A DNA stretch of 63,466 bases, the filler included, from Chiloscyllium plagiosum (taxonomy: Eukaryota), in NCBI RefSeq assembly GCF_004010195.1. It is 4 parts of one record of this genome, joined end to end, with 100 filler letters (N's around TTAATTAATTAA, not from the genome) between each part and the next. Parts side by side here need not be neighbours in the genome. Positions count along the whole stretch, not along the records: positions 16,355 to 32,208 come from NC_057712.1; positions 32,309 to 50,581 come from NC_057712.1; 2 more parts are not named here. The stretch is one strand, 5' to 3'. Both the position numbers and the translations under genes were made by a program. Shown here in pieces: positions 24,083-36,825 of the stretch (the first letter of the stretch is position 1; every line of letters starts with the position of its first letter). The notes under the pieces were generated by a model, which saw only the letters and a list, made by a program, of their open reading frames with translations, had not been told where the DNA came from and did not search any database.

Positions 24083-24894
24083 CTGGTTGATCAAGAGATC
24101 AACACAATCAATATAAAAACACACACTATGTAATACAGAGTGTAGACATATTACTGTTACACTTTAAAATCTCTGGAGCAACATTAACAGTGCAAGCATA
24201 TTGAAAATGTTCAGACTCCGTTGATGACTGAATATGGTTAAAAATATCGCAGCACAAAATACATCAGTTAGATTTTTTTCAGATAATTGTAGTGGTGTAA
24301 TACAATAGGATGGGTTGTATTGAATCAAATAAATAACTAAGCTAGAATGGGTTTCAGGAGTGCAGGGAGTGTGGCTGCATATACACTCAGGCTTGAATTT
24401 TGAACCTGAGCTATTTTAAGTCCTCAGAGTCATTTAAATGGTGCTTTCCCATTCATTTCCCAACAGAAGTCACTTAAATAAAACTTACTGGCAGAGAGTC
24501 ATCTCACTCACACCCTCACTGCCTACTCGGACATGACGGTGGGTGGTGGTATTTGAGAAGAAATTGGCTCGAAATCGAATCAACTGTTGCTATTTCATGT
24601 GTCCATTTGATTGAACAACAAATATATTTACATTGAAGTAAATAATTTTTTAAAAACTATAATAACCAAACGGAATAAAACAGTAGACTTCACAGTATTT
24701 GAGGTACATAATCTTTGTGGTATTTCATGGTATTTGATGTAGCATAACCCAAATTGTTAACAGTGATTTTTCTTCACAGATGTTGCCAAACCCGCTGACC
24801 ACCTCCAACAAACCCTGCCCCTGCTCCTGATTTACAGCATCTGCAGTTCTTTCGGTTTTTATTTGACTGGAATAATGTGATGGGTGTAAGAGTC

Positions 24895-25083
24895 GCGTTC
24901 TGAGGATCTAACCAAAGTAATAAGTAATCCAAACCGTACAAACTAATTAAGGTAGAGAGATCATAACAATTTATCAAGGTGATGGTGTCAAAACAAGACA
25001 GTAAGGAAGATTTTGCAGAGACAGAAGTGTGGTGGGGTCACATGTAGCGCAAGATGAATCTGAGATCACAGTTGAGGCTGTAT
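24895..25083 (-). mobile_element. PLE 3' fragment
   Basis: rc begins 'agcctcaactgtgatctcagattcatcttgcgctacatgtga', matching the LNRDLGFMSHY* end of PLE ORFs. Confidence 0.55.
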
Positions 25084-25474
25084 CTGAGCTATTTTAAGTC
25101 CTCAGAGTCATTTAATTGGTGCTTTCCCATTCATTTCCCAGCAGAAATCACTTAAATAAAACTTACTGGCAGAAAATCATCGCACTCACACCCTCACTGA
25201 CTACTTGAACATTGGATTACTTGGATACGGAACTTGGCTCTCAGTTGCTGCTCAGCGATTCTGCGTTGTTGTGTATCTCAAATGCCACCTTGGAGGACGC
25301 ATAGCCAAAGATCGGAGACTGAAGTGTTCCCTGACTTGCCTGCAGAATGTTTCCATAGACATTGGGACCCATGATGTGCCAATCCAGCATGGCCATCAAG
25401 CCTCTGTTCCCCTAGTAGCTCTATTGTGACCATCTTCCATTTTATCATTGTTTTGTCGCTATGCAGAGAATCTC

Positions 25475-25800
25475 TATAGTTTGGAAAGAGGCTGTTCGCC
25501 CCATCAAGCCTGCACTGACCCTCCAAAGAGCATCCCACCCAAAACCTAGCCTCTTACCCTATACCCATAGCCCTGCATTTTCCATGGCTAACCCACACAG
25601 CCTGCACACCACAGTCAATTTACCATAGCCTATCCAGCTAACCTGTACACCTTTGGGTCAAGGGAGGAAATCAGTGCATCCAGCAGAAACCCACACAGAC
25701 ACAGCGAGAATGTGCAAACTCCATACAGTTGACACTGAGGGTGGAATTGAACCCTCGTCCCTGGCACTGTAAGGTAGCAGTGCTAACCAATGAGCCATTG
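25475..25800 (-). mobile_element. HE1-like V-SINE (diverged)
   Basis: rc tRNA head (ggttagcactgct..., ggttcaattcc) and V-domain 'gtttgcacattctc..gtgtctgtgtgggtttc'. Confidence 0.8.
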
Positions 25801-27304
25801 TCCTCGAATTCCCTGTTTCATCCTCATTCACTTCTCTTCAGTCTCTCGAATAGCCAGCCTGTTTTGAATGATCTGTTGTAATACTTATAAACGCTCACAC
25901 TGCAGTAATTGCTCTATCCACTGCTTTGTGAACACCTGCAATATGCTTCCCAGCTACATTTTAGAAAAGGCATTGGCAGCAGACAGCATATTACTGATTG
26001 TGTAATTGCAATCTTCTCTTCGCTAATCTGCTACGTAATCGGATAAAATTGATTCCTCAAACAATGGCCGCTGCTGAGAAAATCACATACTTAGATGCAG
26101 CTGTGATTTTTATTGCTATTTTGAAACCCTTCTGCCACTTTTAGCTGTTCACCCTCCATGAGAAATGCTTTTGAATGGCCCTTGTCAAGAACAGTAACCC
26201 ATGGTGATGCACTTATCTCAGCACAATTTACCTCAGAGCAGCTGCCACCTTTTATAGAGAAAATTCACATCTGGAAATTGGAAGAGAATACAAGCATCTA
26301 CATCAGAAAAATGAACAATTTTCAGTGCGTTGCTTTGTCTACTATGTTCTAATAGAAACAAAACAGTGCAAAATCAGTAAATCTTTATTAACTTTTGCAA
26401 TGCAAAGAATATTTATTGGTGTTAATTTGGAATTAGCAAATATTCCTTTACAGTTTTGAAATTTGTGAAGGTTTATGTCCATGCATGTGATCATTGTTAA
26501 TTAAGATAGTCTGCTGTAAATCAGGTAGAACAGCTCTCTGAGTGCAGATAAGTGCAGGCAGCTAATAGTGTTCAAGAGCAAAATGGAAAAAAGCTTGAAT
26601 TTTTGCTCCCAGCTCAGGGCATTTTCTAGTTCCACAGCCCTGACCCAAGGAAAAATAGACCAAAAGGTCAGAATTTTGTTTTGAGGTTATTAGGTTTCCT
26701 TGGAGTCAGGCTGGGTGACCACAGTGAGAGCATAAGGTACTTGTAACAGAGATAAACCATGTTCAGATAGTGGCACTGTGTTGAAGTTATTTACTAAACC
26801 TCAAACATAACCACACAGAAATACAATGTACCATCCTTTACAACCAAATGGCCCTGTACCTAGCCCCATTGCCCCTCATAATCTCCATGATATCTTATGT
26901 TTCACTATTGACCCCCATGGCCCCATACCCTTAATGCTATGCTTTACCGCTGTACCCACTAACCTCATCCCTCATTCCCCTTCTGCCTCTTTATGCAACT
27001 CATTCATCTTTCATGCCATCTCGTGTCGCTGTATCAATGCATTCACCCATCCTCCCTGTCCTTTCATGGTTTCTATGCCAACTAATTGTAAATTCAATAC
27101 CAACTAATGACTGGTACCTTTATCCTCTCCATTGTCAACTCACATAACATCTGTTGGCAGACTTCAGGAGCTAAGCTGTCATGAAATCAAGTGTTAATCA
27201 TGAAATAAATAGCATCACTATTTATAAAGAAAACACTCTCATTGGTAAAAATTTCAATACATTGAAATTCTGTCAACCAGTCTCTTATGAAAACCAACAA
27301 ATCA

Positions 27305-30300
27305 ACCATAGAACATATAACAGTACACGCAGTACAGGCCCTTCAGCCCTCAATGTTGTGCTGACCTTTAATGCTACTCTAAGACCTACACACCCTTCAT
27401 TGTGTTCCTATCCATGTGCCTATCCAAGAGTCACTTAAATATCCTTAATGTCTCTGACTCTACTACCACCACTGGCAGTGCATTCCACTCACCCATTACC
27501 CTCTGTGTAAAGAAGCTACCTCTGACATCTCCCCTAAACCTTCCTCCAATTACCTTAAAATTATCCCCCCTCATGATAGCCATTTCCGCCCTGGGGAAAA
27601 GTCTTTGGCTATCCATTCTATCTATGCCTCTCATCATCTTGCACACCTCTATCAATTCACCTCTCATCCTTCTTTGCTACAATGAGAAAAGCTCGAGCTC
27701 CCTCAACCTTTCTTCATAAGACATGCCTCCAGTCCAGGCAGCATCCTGGTAAATTTCCTCTGCACCCTCTCTAAAGCTTCTTATAAGGAGGTGACCAGAA
27801 CTGAAGACAATATTCCAAGTGTGGGCTAACCAGGATTCTATGGAGCTGCGGCATAACCTCGTGATTCTTAAACTCAATCACCCTGCTAACGAAAGCCAAC
27901 ACATTCTATGCCTTCTTGACAACCATATCAACTTGTGTGGCAACTTTGAGGGATCAATGGACATGGACTCCAAGATCCCTCTGTTCCTCCACACTGCCAA
28001 GAATCCTGCCTTTAACGCTGTATTCTCCATTCAAATTCAACCTTCTAAAGTGAATCATTTCACACTGTTCTAGGTTAAACTACATCTGTCACTTATCAGC
28101 TCAGTTCTGCATCCTGTCAATGTCCTGTTGCAACCTACAATTGCCCTCCATGCTATCCACCACTCCACCAACCTTCGTGTCATTGGCAAACTTACTAACT
28201 CACCCTTCCACTTCCTCATCAAAAGCATTTATAAAAGTCAAAAAGAGCAAAGGTCCCTGCAGTACACCACTGGTCACCAAGCTCCAGGCTGAATACTTTC
28301 CATCCGCCACCATCGTATGTCTTCTATGGGCCAGCTAATTCTGTATCCAGACAGCCAGATTTCCCTGTATCCCATACCTATTTATTTTCTGAATGAGCCT
28401 ACCATGGGGAACCTTAATAAATGCCTTGCTAAAATCCACATACACCACATCCACTGCTCTAACTTCATCAATGTGTTTTGTCACATTCTCAAAGAACTCA
28501 ATAAGGTTTGTGAGGCATGACCTGCCCCTCACCAAGCCATGCTGACTATCTCTATTCAAACTATGATTTTCCAAGTAATCATTAATCCTGTCTCTCAGAA
28601 TCCTCTCCTATACTTTATCCACTACAGACATGAGACTAACTGGTCTATAATTCCCAGGATTATCCCTATTCCCTTTCTTGAACAAGGGAATAACATTTGC
28701 TGCCCTCCAATCATCTGACACTACTTCAGTGGACAGTGAAGATGCAAAGATCATTGGCAAAGGCTCAGCAATCTCTTCCCTCGCTTCCTGTAGTAACCTT
28801 GGGTATATCCTGTCTGGCCCAGGGGAAATGATCTATCTTTATGATTTTCAAAACTTTCAGAACATCCTTTTTCTTAACATCAACCCGTTCGAGCATATCA
28901 GTCTGTTTCACGCTGTCCTAAGAAACATCAAGATCCCTCTCACTAGTTAATACTGAAGTAAAGTATTCATTAAGGACCTCCCCTACCTCCTCTGACTCCA
29001 AGCACAAGTTCCCTCCACTATCCCTGATTGGCCCTGCCCTCTCTCTGGCCATCCTCTTGTTCCTCAGGTAAGTGTAGAATCCCTTAGGATTTTCCTTAAA
29101 CCTACCTGCTAAAGCTTTTTCATGCTCCCTTCTAGCTCTCCTTAAGTCTGTTCTTCAGTTCCTTCCTGGCTGCCTTGTAACCCTCAAAAGCATTGTCTGA
29201 TCTTTGCCTCATCAACCGTAAATAAGCTTCCTTCCTTCCTCTTGACAAGATGTTCCACAAATCTTGTCATCCAAGGTTCTTTCACCCTACCATCCCTTCC
29301 TTGCCTCAGTGGCACAAACCTATCTAGCACTATCAGCAAGTGCTTCCTAAACAACATTCATGTTGTGCATTTCCTTGAGAACATCTGTTCCCGATTTATT
29401 CTCCTAATAGCATTGTAATTCCCCCTTCCCCAATTAAATATTTTCCCATACCATCTGTTCCTATTCCTCTCCATGAGTATAGTAAAGGTCAGGGAGTTGT
29501 GATCACTATCAATGAAATGCTCTCCCACTGAGAGATCTGACACTTGACCTGGTTTGTTGTCAAATACCAATGGAGAAAGTGAGGTCTGCAGATGCTGGAG
29601 ATCAGAGCTGAAAATGTGTTGCTAGAACAGCGCAGCAGGTCAGGCAGCATCCAGGGAACAGGAGAATCGACGTTTCGGGCATAAGCCCTTCTTCAGGAAT
29701 GAGGAAAGTTTGTCCAGCAGGCTAAGATAAAAGGTAGGGAGGAGGGGCTTGGGGGAGGGGCGTCGGAAATGTGATGGGTGGCGAGAGGTCAAGGTGAGGG
29801 TGATAGGTCAGACTGGGGTGTGGGCGGAGAGGTCAGGAAGAAGATTGCAGGTTAGAAAGGTGGTGCTGAGTTCGATGGAATTGACTGAGACAAGGTGGGA
29901 GGATGGGGAATGAGGAAACTGGTGAAATCCGTGTTCATCCCTTGTGATTGGAGGGTTCCTAGGCGGAAGATGAGGCGCTCTTCCTCCAACCGTCGTTTGT
30001 TGTGGTCTGGCGATGGAGGAGTCCAAAGACCTGCATATCCTTGGTGGAGTGGGAGGGGGAATTGAAATGTTGGTGGTTGGAGGGTTCCTAGGCGGAAGAT
30101 GAGGCGCTCTTCCTCCAACCGTCGTGTTGTTGTGGAGGAGTCCAAAGACCTGCATATCCTTGGTGGAGTGCAACTCCCCCTCCCTGACCTATCACCCTCA
30201 CCTTGACCTCTTTCCACCTATCGCATTTCCAACGCCCCTCCCCCAAGTCCCTCCTCCCTACCTTTTATCTTAGCCTGCTGGACAAACTTTCCTCATTCCT

Positions 30301-30690
30301 GAAGAAGGGCTTATGCCCGAAACGTCGATTCTCCTGTTCCCTGGATGCTGCCTGACCTGCTGCGCTTTTCCAGCAACACATTTTCAGCAGTGTCAAATAC
30401 CAAATTCAATTTGACTTCCCCTCTAGTTGGCCTGTCTACATACTGAGTCAGGAACCCTTCCTGGACATACCTGACAAAAATGCTGTCTGAACTATTTGAG
30501 CTTCCAATCAATTTTAAAGTTGAAGTCACCTATGACAACAACCCTATTACTTCTGCACATTTCCAAAATATGCCTCCCAATCTGCTCGTCCGTGTCTCTG
30601 TTGCTGTTTGGGGATGGGGGGTGCGGTCTATAGAAAAAACTTCCAATAAAGTGCCTGCTCCTCTCCTGTTTCAAATCTCTTATAAGTAAT
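27305..30690 (-). mobile_element. Long CR1 LINE (EN to 3' UTR), interrupted by PLE
   Basis: FYRP..VVVIGDFN (EN), SDHNSLTF, QHGLVRGRSCLTNLIEFFE, DFSKAF, RGSFFTQRVMGEWNALP. Confidence 0.93.
29571..30390. mobile_element. Fold-back PLE family A with GIY-YIG C-terminal remnant
   Basis: Minus arm with tail 29571-~30170 (RRLEEERLIFRLGTLQ twice), plus arm 30173-30388; hammerheads 29669-29696(-) and 30299-30326(+); perfect TSD tgtcaaataccaa at 29558-29570 and 30391-30403. Confidence 0.9.
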
Positions 30691-31315
30691 GTATTTGGAA
30701 AGGCAAGGACTGATCAGGGAATGTCAATATGGCTTAATGTGTGGGCAATCATATCTCACTAACTTGATTGAGTTTTTTGAAGAAGTAATGAAGAGGATTG
30801 ATGAGGGCAGAGCAGTGGACATGACTATATAGACTACAGGGAGAGGCTAAATAGGTTGCGGTTATTTTCCCTGGCATGTCAGAGGCTGAGGGGTGACCTG
30901 ATAGAGGTTTATAAAATCATAAGGGGCATAGAAAGGGTAAATAGTCAAGGTCTTTTCCCCGGGGTGGGGGAGTCCAGAACTGGAGGGACATAAGTTTAGG
31001 GTGAGAGTGGAAAGGTTTGTAAGTGACCTGAGGGTCAACCTTTTCACACAGAGGGTGGAACGTGTATGGAATGAGCAGCCAGAGGAAGTGGTGGAGGCTG
31101 GTACAATTACAACATTTAAAAGGCAAATAGATGGGTATATAAATAGGAAGGGTTTTGAGGGATATGGACTAAATGCTAACAAAAAGGACTCGATTAATTT
31201 ATTGGGGGAAGACTGAATTACAGTGCTATCAGGAGCATAAATTGGGAATATCTGGTCAGCGTGGACGAGTTGGACCAAAGGGTCTGTTTCAGTGCTGTAT
31301 ATCTTTATGACACTA
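30690..31315 (+). mobile_element. CR1, internally deleted
   Basis: LTNLIEFFEEV region fused to 'LRVNLFTQRVERVWNEQPEEVVEAG' and 3' UTR. Confidence 0.85.
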
Positions 31316-32308
31316 ATGGCTACCCTTATGAAAACAACTAGTTTACTTAATTACTTGGCCTCTTTCCTTTTGTCAATAAGCATTTCATTTCGTACTTACT
31401 CTCTTAGAAAAATATTTATATTCTGTAATCCATCAATTCATATAACAGACACTCATGTTGTAATATCAATTGTGCAGCACAAATTCTATAATGATAGTAC
31501 TTGGGCTTATGTCCACAGAGTGAATCAGAAAATATCAACTCTTTTTTCAAAGTAATAAACTTTTAAAAAATACTAAAAATGCAACTCAACAAAATTTGTT
31601 GATGGCTTTGAGAATCTAATGAAATTTTAAATTTCCAATTAATTTTCACAGTTCCATTGAGTTCCGACAGTTCTGTCACCTTTGTGGTTTTTGAGAGTTT
31701 TGACAGTTCTTTGACATTTTGACAGTTCTTTTGATAGCATCGTCTGTTCCAATGGAAAAGTCAGTTAAATGCAGGCAGCATGCAGGATTACAAGGAACAG
31801 TATTGCTTCAGGATGTGATAAAGCTCCAGATTGGAGTCAAGCAACAATGTGAGGTTGGAGTAGATCCAAGCTTGATTAGGATTCTGGTAAACCTTCTCTG
31901 CGCAGAAGAACAGAAGCTAATTGTTATCAAATCATGAAGATTGGTAACCAGGTACAGTAAACTTTGTTTTAACCTTATCAACTAGCACTTTTGATAAGCT
32001 GACAAAAATTATATTTGAAACTTTATTGCTGGAACAGCACAGCAGGTCAGGCAGCATCCAGGGAATTGTTATCAAATCATGAAGATTGGTAACCAGGTAC
32101 AGTAAACTTTGTTTTAACCTTATCAACTAGCACTTTTGATAAGCTGACAAAAATTATATTTGAAACTTTATTGCTGGAACAGCACAGCAGGTCAGGCAGC
32201 ATCCAGGGNNNNNNNNNNNNNNNNNNNNNNNNNNNNNNNNNNNNNNNNNNNNTTAATTAATTAANNNNNNNNNNNNNNNNNNNNNNNNNNNNNNNNNNNN
32301 NNNNNNNN

Positions 32309-32452
32309 CCCCCCCCCTCCTCTAGCTTATCTCTCCACGCTTCAGGCTCTCTGCCTTTATTCCTGATGAAGGGCTTTTGCCCGAAACGTCGATTTTGCCT
32401 GTCCTCGGATGCTGCCTGAATTGCTGTGCTCTTCCAGCACCACTGATCCAGA
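32309..32452 (+). mobile_element. PLE family A' pLTR arm with intact hammerhead (32363-32390)
   Basis: Near-identical to 1-143; ends at the same base (ccactgatccaga). Confidence 0.85.
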
Positions 32453-32454
32453 TA

Positions 32455-33650
32455 CAGGTTATGGTTCGTTAACATGTAAATCCCAGAACTTCTTTTAAGT
32501 CACATTCTCGAGACAACTTAAGGTTTTATCACAAAAGGTGCCATCTCAGCTTAGGCAATGCATTAAAGGTATGAGGTTAGAGTCTGTCTGTATCCTATCC
32601 CAATCTTGAGTCAGACTGGTTCTATTTCCAAAGTAGGAATTTATAAAGTATTACATGGATTGATTGACAGCATTGGCTGCCTGCAAATTGTGCACTTTTT
32701 GAGGAAAATAGAATGTATCTGCAAATACAATTCAGCCCATAGACTTACATGCGTGTGTGCATGCAAGAAAGAGAAAGAGAGTGTGAGTACGTGCATGTGA
32801 GTGTGTGCGTGTGAGTGCACGTGAGAGAGTGTGTGTTTGCATTTGTGCATCCTTGGTAAAGTTTGTGTGTGTGTGTGTGTGAGTGAGTGTGATGGCATAT
32901 AAGCCTGTGAGAGTGTGTGTGCGTGGACGTGTATGTGGGAGGGTGTATTTGCATATGTGTGAGAGAGGGTCTGCGTGATAATGAGTAGTAAGAGTGTGTT
33001 TGTATGTGTGCATGTGAGAGAGGGTTTTGTATAGTGGGTTCACCTGTAGTGTAATATGAACCCAAAATCTCGGTTGGGGCCATCCCCAAGAGTACCCAAA
33101 TTGGCTATCAACCTCTGCTCGGCTACTCTGCATTGTTGCGTATCCGGAAGTCCACCTTGGAGGATGGCCACCTGAAGATCCGAGGCCAAATGTCCCAGAC
33201 TGCTGAAGTGGTGGGAGGGAACATCCCTTTCTGGTGACTGTTGTGTGGTGTCCATTTATCCATTGCCATAGCGTCTGCTCGGTCCCACCAATGCACCATG
33301 CCTCAGGGCATCTTTGCCTGTAGTGTATGAGATAAACAGCTTTGGCTGAGTCTCATGAGTACCTGCTGTGCACATGGTGGGTGGTGTACCCATGGGTAAT
33401 AGTGGTAGCCGTGTCAATACTCTGACAAGTCTTGCTGTGATTGCCATGACAGAGTTGCATGGTGTTGTGGTCAATGTTGTCCTGAAAGCCAGCCGATTTG
33501 CTGTGAAAAATGAACTGTTTAAGGTTTGGCAGTTATTTAAAGGCAAGAAGTGGAGGCGTAGGGAAGGTTTTGGCGAAGGTGCTCATCCTCATTGATAATG
33601 TACTGCAGGCTGTGAAATACATGGCGTAGTTTCTCCATTCCCGGGAGGTA
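32455..33650 (-). mobile_element. PLE family B: GIY-YIG region, (CA)n tract, partial pLTR
   Basis: RVAEQRLIANLGTLGDGPNRDFGFILHYR; homologous to 39100-39900. Confidence 0.88.
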
Positions 33651-33961
33651 TTAGATTAGATTACTTACAGTGTGGAAACAGGCCCTTTGGCCCAACATGT
33701 CCACACCGCCCCGTCGAAACGCAACCCACCCATACCCCTACATTTACCCCTTACCTAACACTACGGGCAATTTAGCATGGCCAATTCACCTGACCTGCAC
33801 ATCTTTGGACTGTGGGAGGAAACCAGAGCACCCGGAGGAAACCCACGCAGACATGGGGAGAACGTGCAAACTCCACACAGTCAGTCGCCTGAGGCGGGAA
33901 TTGAACCCGGGTCTCTAGCGCTGTGAGGCAGCAGTGCTAACCACTGTGCCACCGTGCCGCC
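33651..33961 (-). mobile_element. HE1-like V-SINE, full length, (TCTAA)n tail
   Basis: rc GGCGGCACGGTGGCACAGTGGTTAGCACTGCTGCCTCACAGC..GGGTTCAATTCCC (A/B boxes) and V-domain. Confidence 0.92.
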
Positions 33962-34659
33962 CACTCCAGTATACGTGTAATGTCATTTCTATTATACTGT
34001 AACGTGTAATGTCATTTCTATTATACTGGAGACAAACGTTCCTGGGGTGGTCTGACCAAACCTCCCAGCCCAATGGGCTCTTCTGTTTAGCAAGCTCCCT
34101 CCAGCCCAGCTACAGTACCAGGCACTGCAATGAGATGTAGTGACCGGGAAAGAAAGAAGAAAACAGATTGAGAAGACTTTGATGGTATGGGTGACAATGT
34201 ATTGTACATCATTTATTGCATTTCTATAAATGGCACTGCTTGACTTTAACATCTCTACATTTGAGTCTTGTGTAGTTCTGAATGTAACTGTGTCATCATG
34301 ATGTCTAACTTGATGTACCATGTGTTAATATCCATGAGAACCAAAGCATTAGGATGATCAGGGATGACGGGCCTGACACCCCTGTATCCTCTGTAACGTA
34401 TAATGTCATTTCCCTTTAAAATTCCTCACACCAGTGGGTCCTGTAGCCCCCTCCCCTCCAGGTTGACTCAATTACCCCTCTGAGTGTGCTCACAGCTCTT
34501 CTCGATATCCAGCATGGTGGAAGGTGACATGTGGTGCTCCTTTGGCCAGTGGCTTCCAGTCTATGCCCCAATACATTAGTGAGACCCCCAAACTTCAGAT
34601 CTCCTTTCTGGTAAACCTGCTCATGAGCCCCATAGTTTTTGAACTTTCCCAAATCCCAG

Positions 34660-36696
34660 GTCTCTTTAAATCTTTCCCCTCTCACCCTAAACCTATGTCC
34701 TCTAGCTCTGGACTCCCCACTCCAGGAAAAAAAACAGTGTTTATTTATCCTATTCATGCCCCTCATGATTTTATAAACCTCTATAAGGTCACCCCTCAGC
34801 CTCTAATGCTCCAGGCAAAACAGCCCCAGCCTATTCAGCCTCTCCCTATAGCTCAAATCCTCCAACCCTGGCAACATCCTTGTAAATCTTTTCTGAACCC
34901 TTTCAAGCTTCACAACATCTTTTTGATAGGAAGGAGACCAGATTTGCATGCAATATTTCAAAAGTGGCCTAACCACTGTCCTGTACAGCTGCAGCATGAA
35001 CTCCCAACTCCTGTATTCAATGCTCTGACCAATAAAGGAAAGCATACTAAATGCTTTCTTCACTATCCTATCTACCTGCGACTCCACTTTCAAGGAGCTA
35101 TGAACCTGCACTCCAAGATCTCTTTGTTCAGCAACACTCCCTAGGACCTTACCATTAGTGTCTATGTCGTGCTAAGATTTGCTTTCCCAAAATGCATGCA
35201 GTACCTCACATTTATCTAAATTAAACCTAATCTGGCATTCATCAGTCCATTGGCTCATCCTGATCAAGATCCTGTTGTAATCTGAGATAGCCTTCTTTGC
35301 CATCCACTACACCTCCAATTTTGGTGTCATGTGCAAACTTACTAACTATACCTCTTAAACTCACATCCAAAACATTTAAATAAATGATGAAAAGTAGTGG
35401 ATCCAGAACCGATTCTTGTGGCACTCCATTGGACACAGGACTCCAGTCTGGAAAACAACCCTCCGCATGACCCTCTGTCTTCTACCTTTGAGCCAGTTCT
35501 GTACCCAAATGGCTAGTTCTCCATGTATTCAATGAGATCTAACCTTGCTCACCAGTCTCCACTAGGGAACCTGATCAAATACTTTACTGAAGTCCATGCA
35601 GATCACATTCACCGCTCTGCCCTTATCAATCCTCTTTGTTACTTCTTGAAAAAATTCAATCAAGTTTATGAGACATGATTTCCCACACACAAAGCCATGT
35701 TAACTATCCTTAATCAGTCTTTGTCTTTCCAAATACATGTACATCCTGTCCCTCAGAATTCCCTCCAACAACTTGCCCACCACTGAATTCAGGCTCACGG
35801 ACCTATAGTTCCCTGGCTTGTCCTTACCACCCTTCTTAAACAGTGGCACCATGTTTGCCAACCTCCAGTCTTCCGGCACCTCATCCGTGACCATCGATGA
35901 TACAAGGGGCCCAGCAATTGTTTCGTTAGCTTCCCACAGAGTTCTAGGGCACACCTGGTCAGGTCCTGGGAATTTATCTAGGGCACACCTGGTCAGGTCC
36001 TGGTCAGGTCCTGGGAAACAGGACCTGACCAGGTGTGTTTCCAGGACCTGACCATTTATGTGTTTCAAGACATCCTCCTCTATAATATGGACATTTCTCG
36101 AGATGTCACCATCTATTTCCCTACATTCTATATCTTCCATGTCCTTTTCCACAGTAAACACTGATGCAAAATACTCGTTTAGTATCGCCCCCATCTCCTG
36201 TGGCTCCACACAAAGGCTGCCTTGCTGATCTTTGAGGGACACTATTATCTCCATAGTTACCCCTTTGTCCTTAATGTATTTATAAAAACTCATTGGATTC
36301 TCTTAACCCTATTTGCCAAACCTATCTCATATCCCCTTTTTGCCCTCCTGATTTCCCTCTTAAGTATTTTCCTACTGCCTTTATTCTCTTCTAAGTACTC
36401 ACTTGATGTATCCTGTCCATATCTGACATATTCTTCCTTCTTTTTCTTAACCAAACCCTCAATTATATAGCATTCTCTATACCTAATAGCCTTTCCTTTC
36501 ACCCTAACAGGAATAAACTGTCTCTGCACTCTTGTTATCTCACTTATGAAGGCTTCCCATTTTCCAGCCATCCCTTTATCTGTGCACATCTGCCCCCAAT
36601 CAGCCTTTGAAAATTCTTGCCTAATACCATCAAAATTGGCCTTCCTCCAATTTAGAAGTTCAACTTTTAGATCTGATCTATCTTTTTCCATCACTT
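34660..36696 (-). mobile_element. CR1 LINE ORF2, frameshifted
   Basis: NWRKANFDGIRQE, ILNEYFASVFT, VPEDWRLANMVPLFKKG, GVPQESVLDPLLF, KFAHDTK. Confidence 0.95.
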
Positions 36697-36825
36697 GTTG
36701 CAGCTTTCTGTAGCTTTTCTCCGTTTAAATAATATTCTTTTACTCACCTCAAAAATAAAAACTTCACATTTTCCCACAGTATACTTTTTGCCCACTTTCT
36801 TAACCTATCAATATCTTTCTGTAAA

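Larger units (their letters stand above)
23244..25212 (+). repeat. Local duplications: 23244-23545 ~ 24163-24468; 24406-24534 ~ 25084-25212
   Basis: Directly alignable sequence ('tttaaaatctctg.agcaacattaacagtgcaag...' and 'ctgagctattttaagtcctcagagtcatttaa...'). Confidence 0.9.

Noticed and set aside
31919..32208. Exact 145-bp tandem duplication
   Set aside because: The copies are identical and abut a gap; most likely a contig-end artefact.
33890..33961. tRNA genes at A/B-box sequences
   Set aside because: All continue into SINE bodies; these are SINE heads, not tRNAs.
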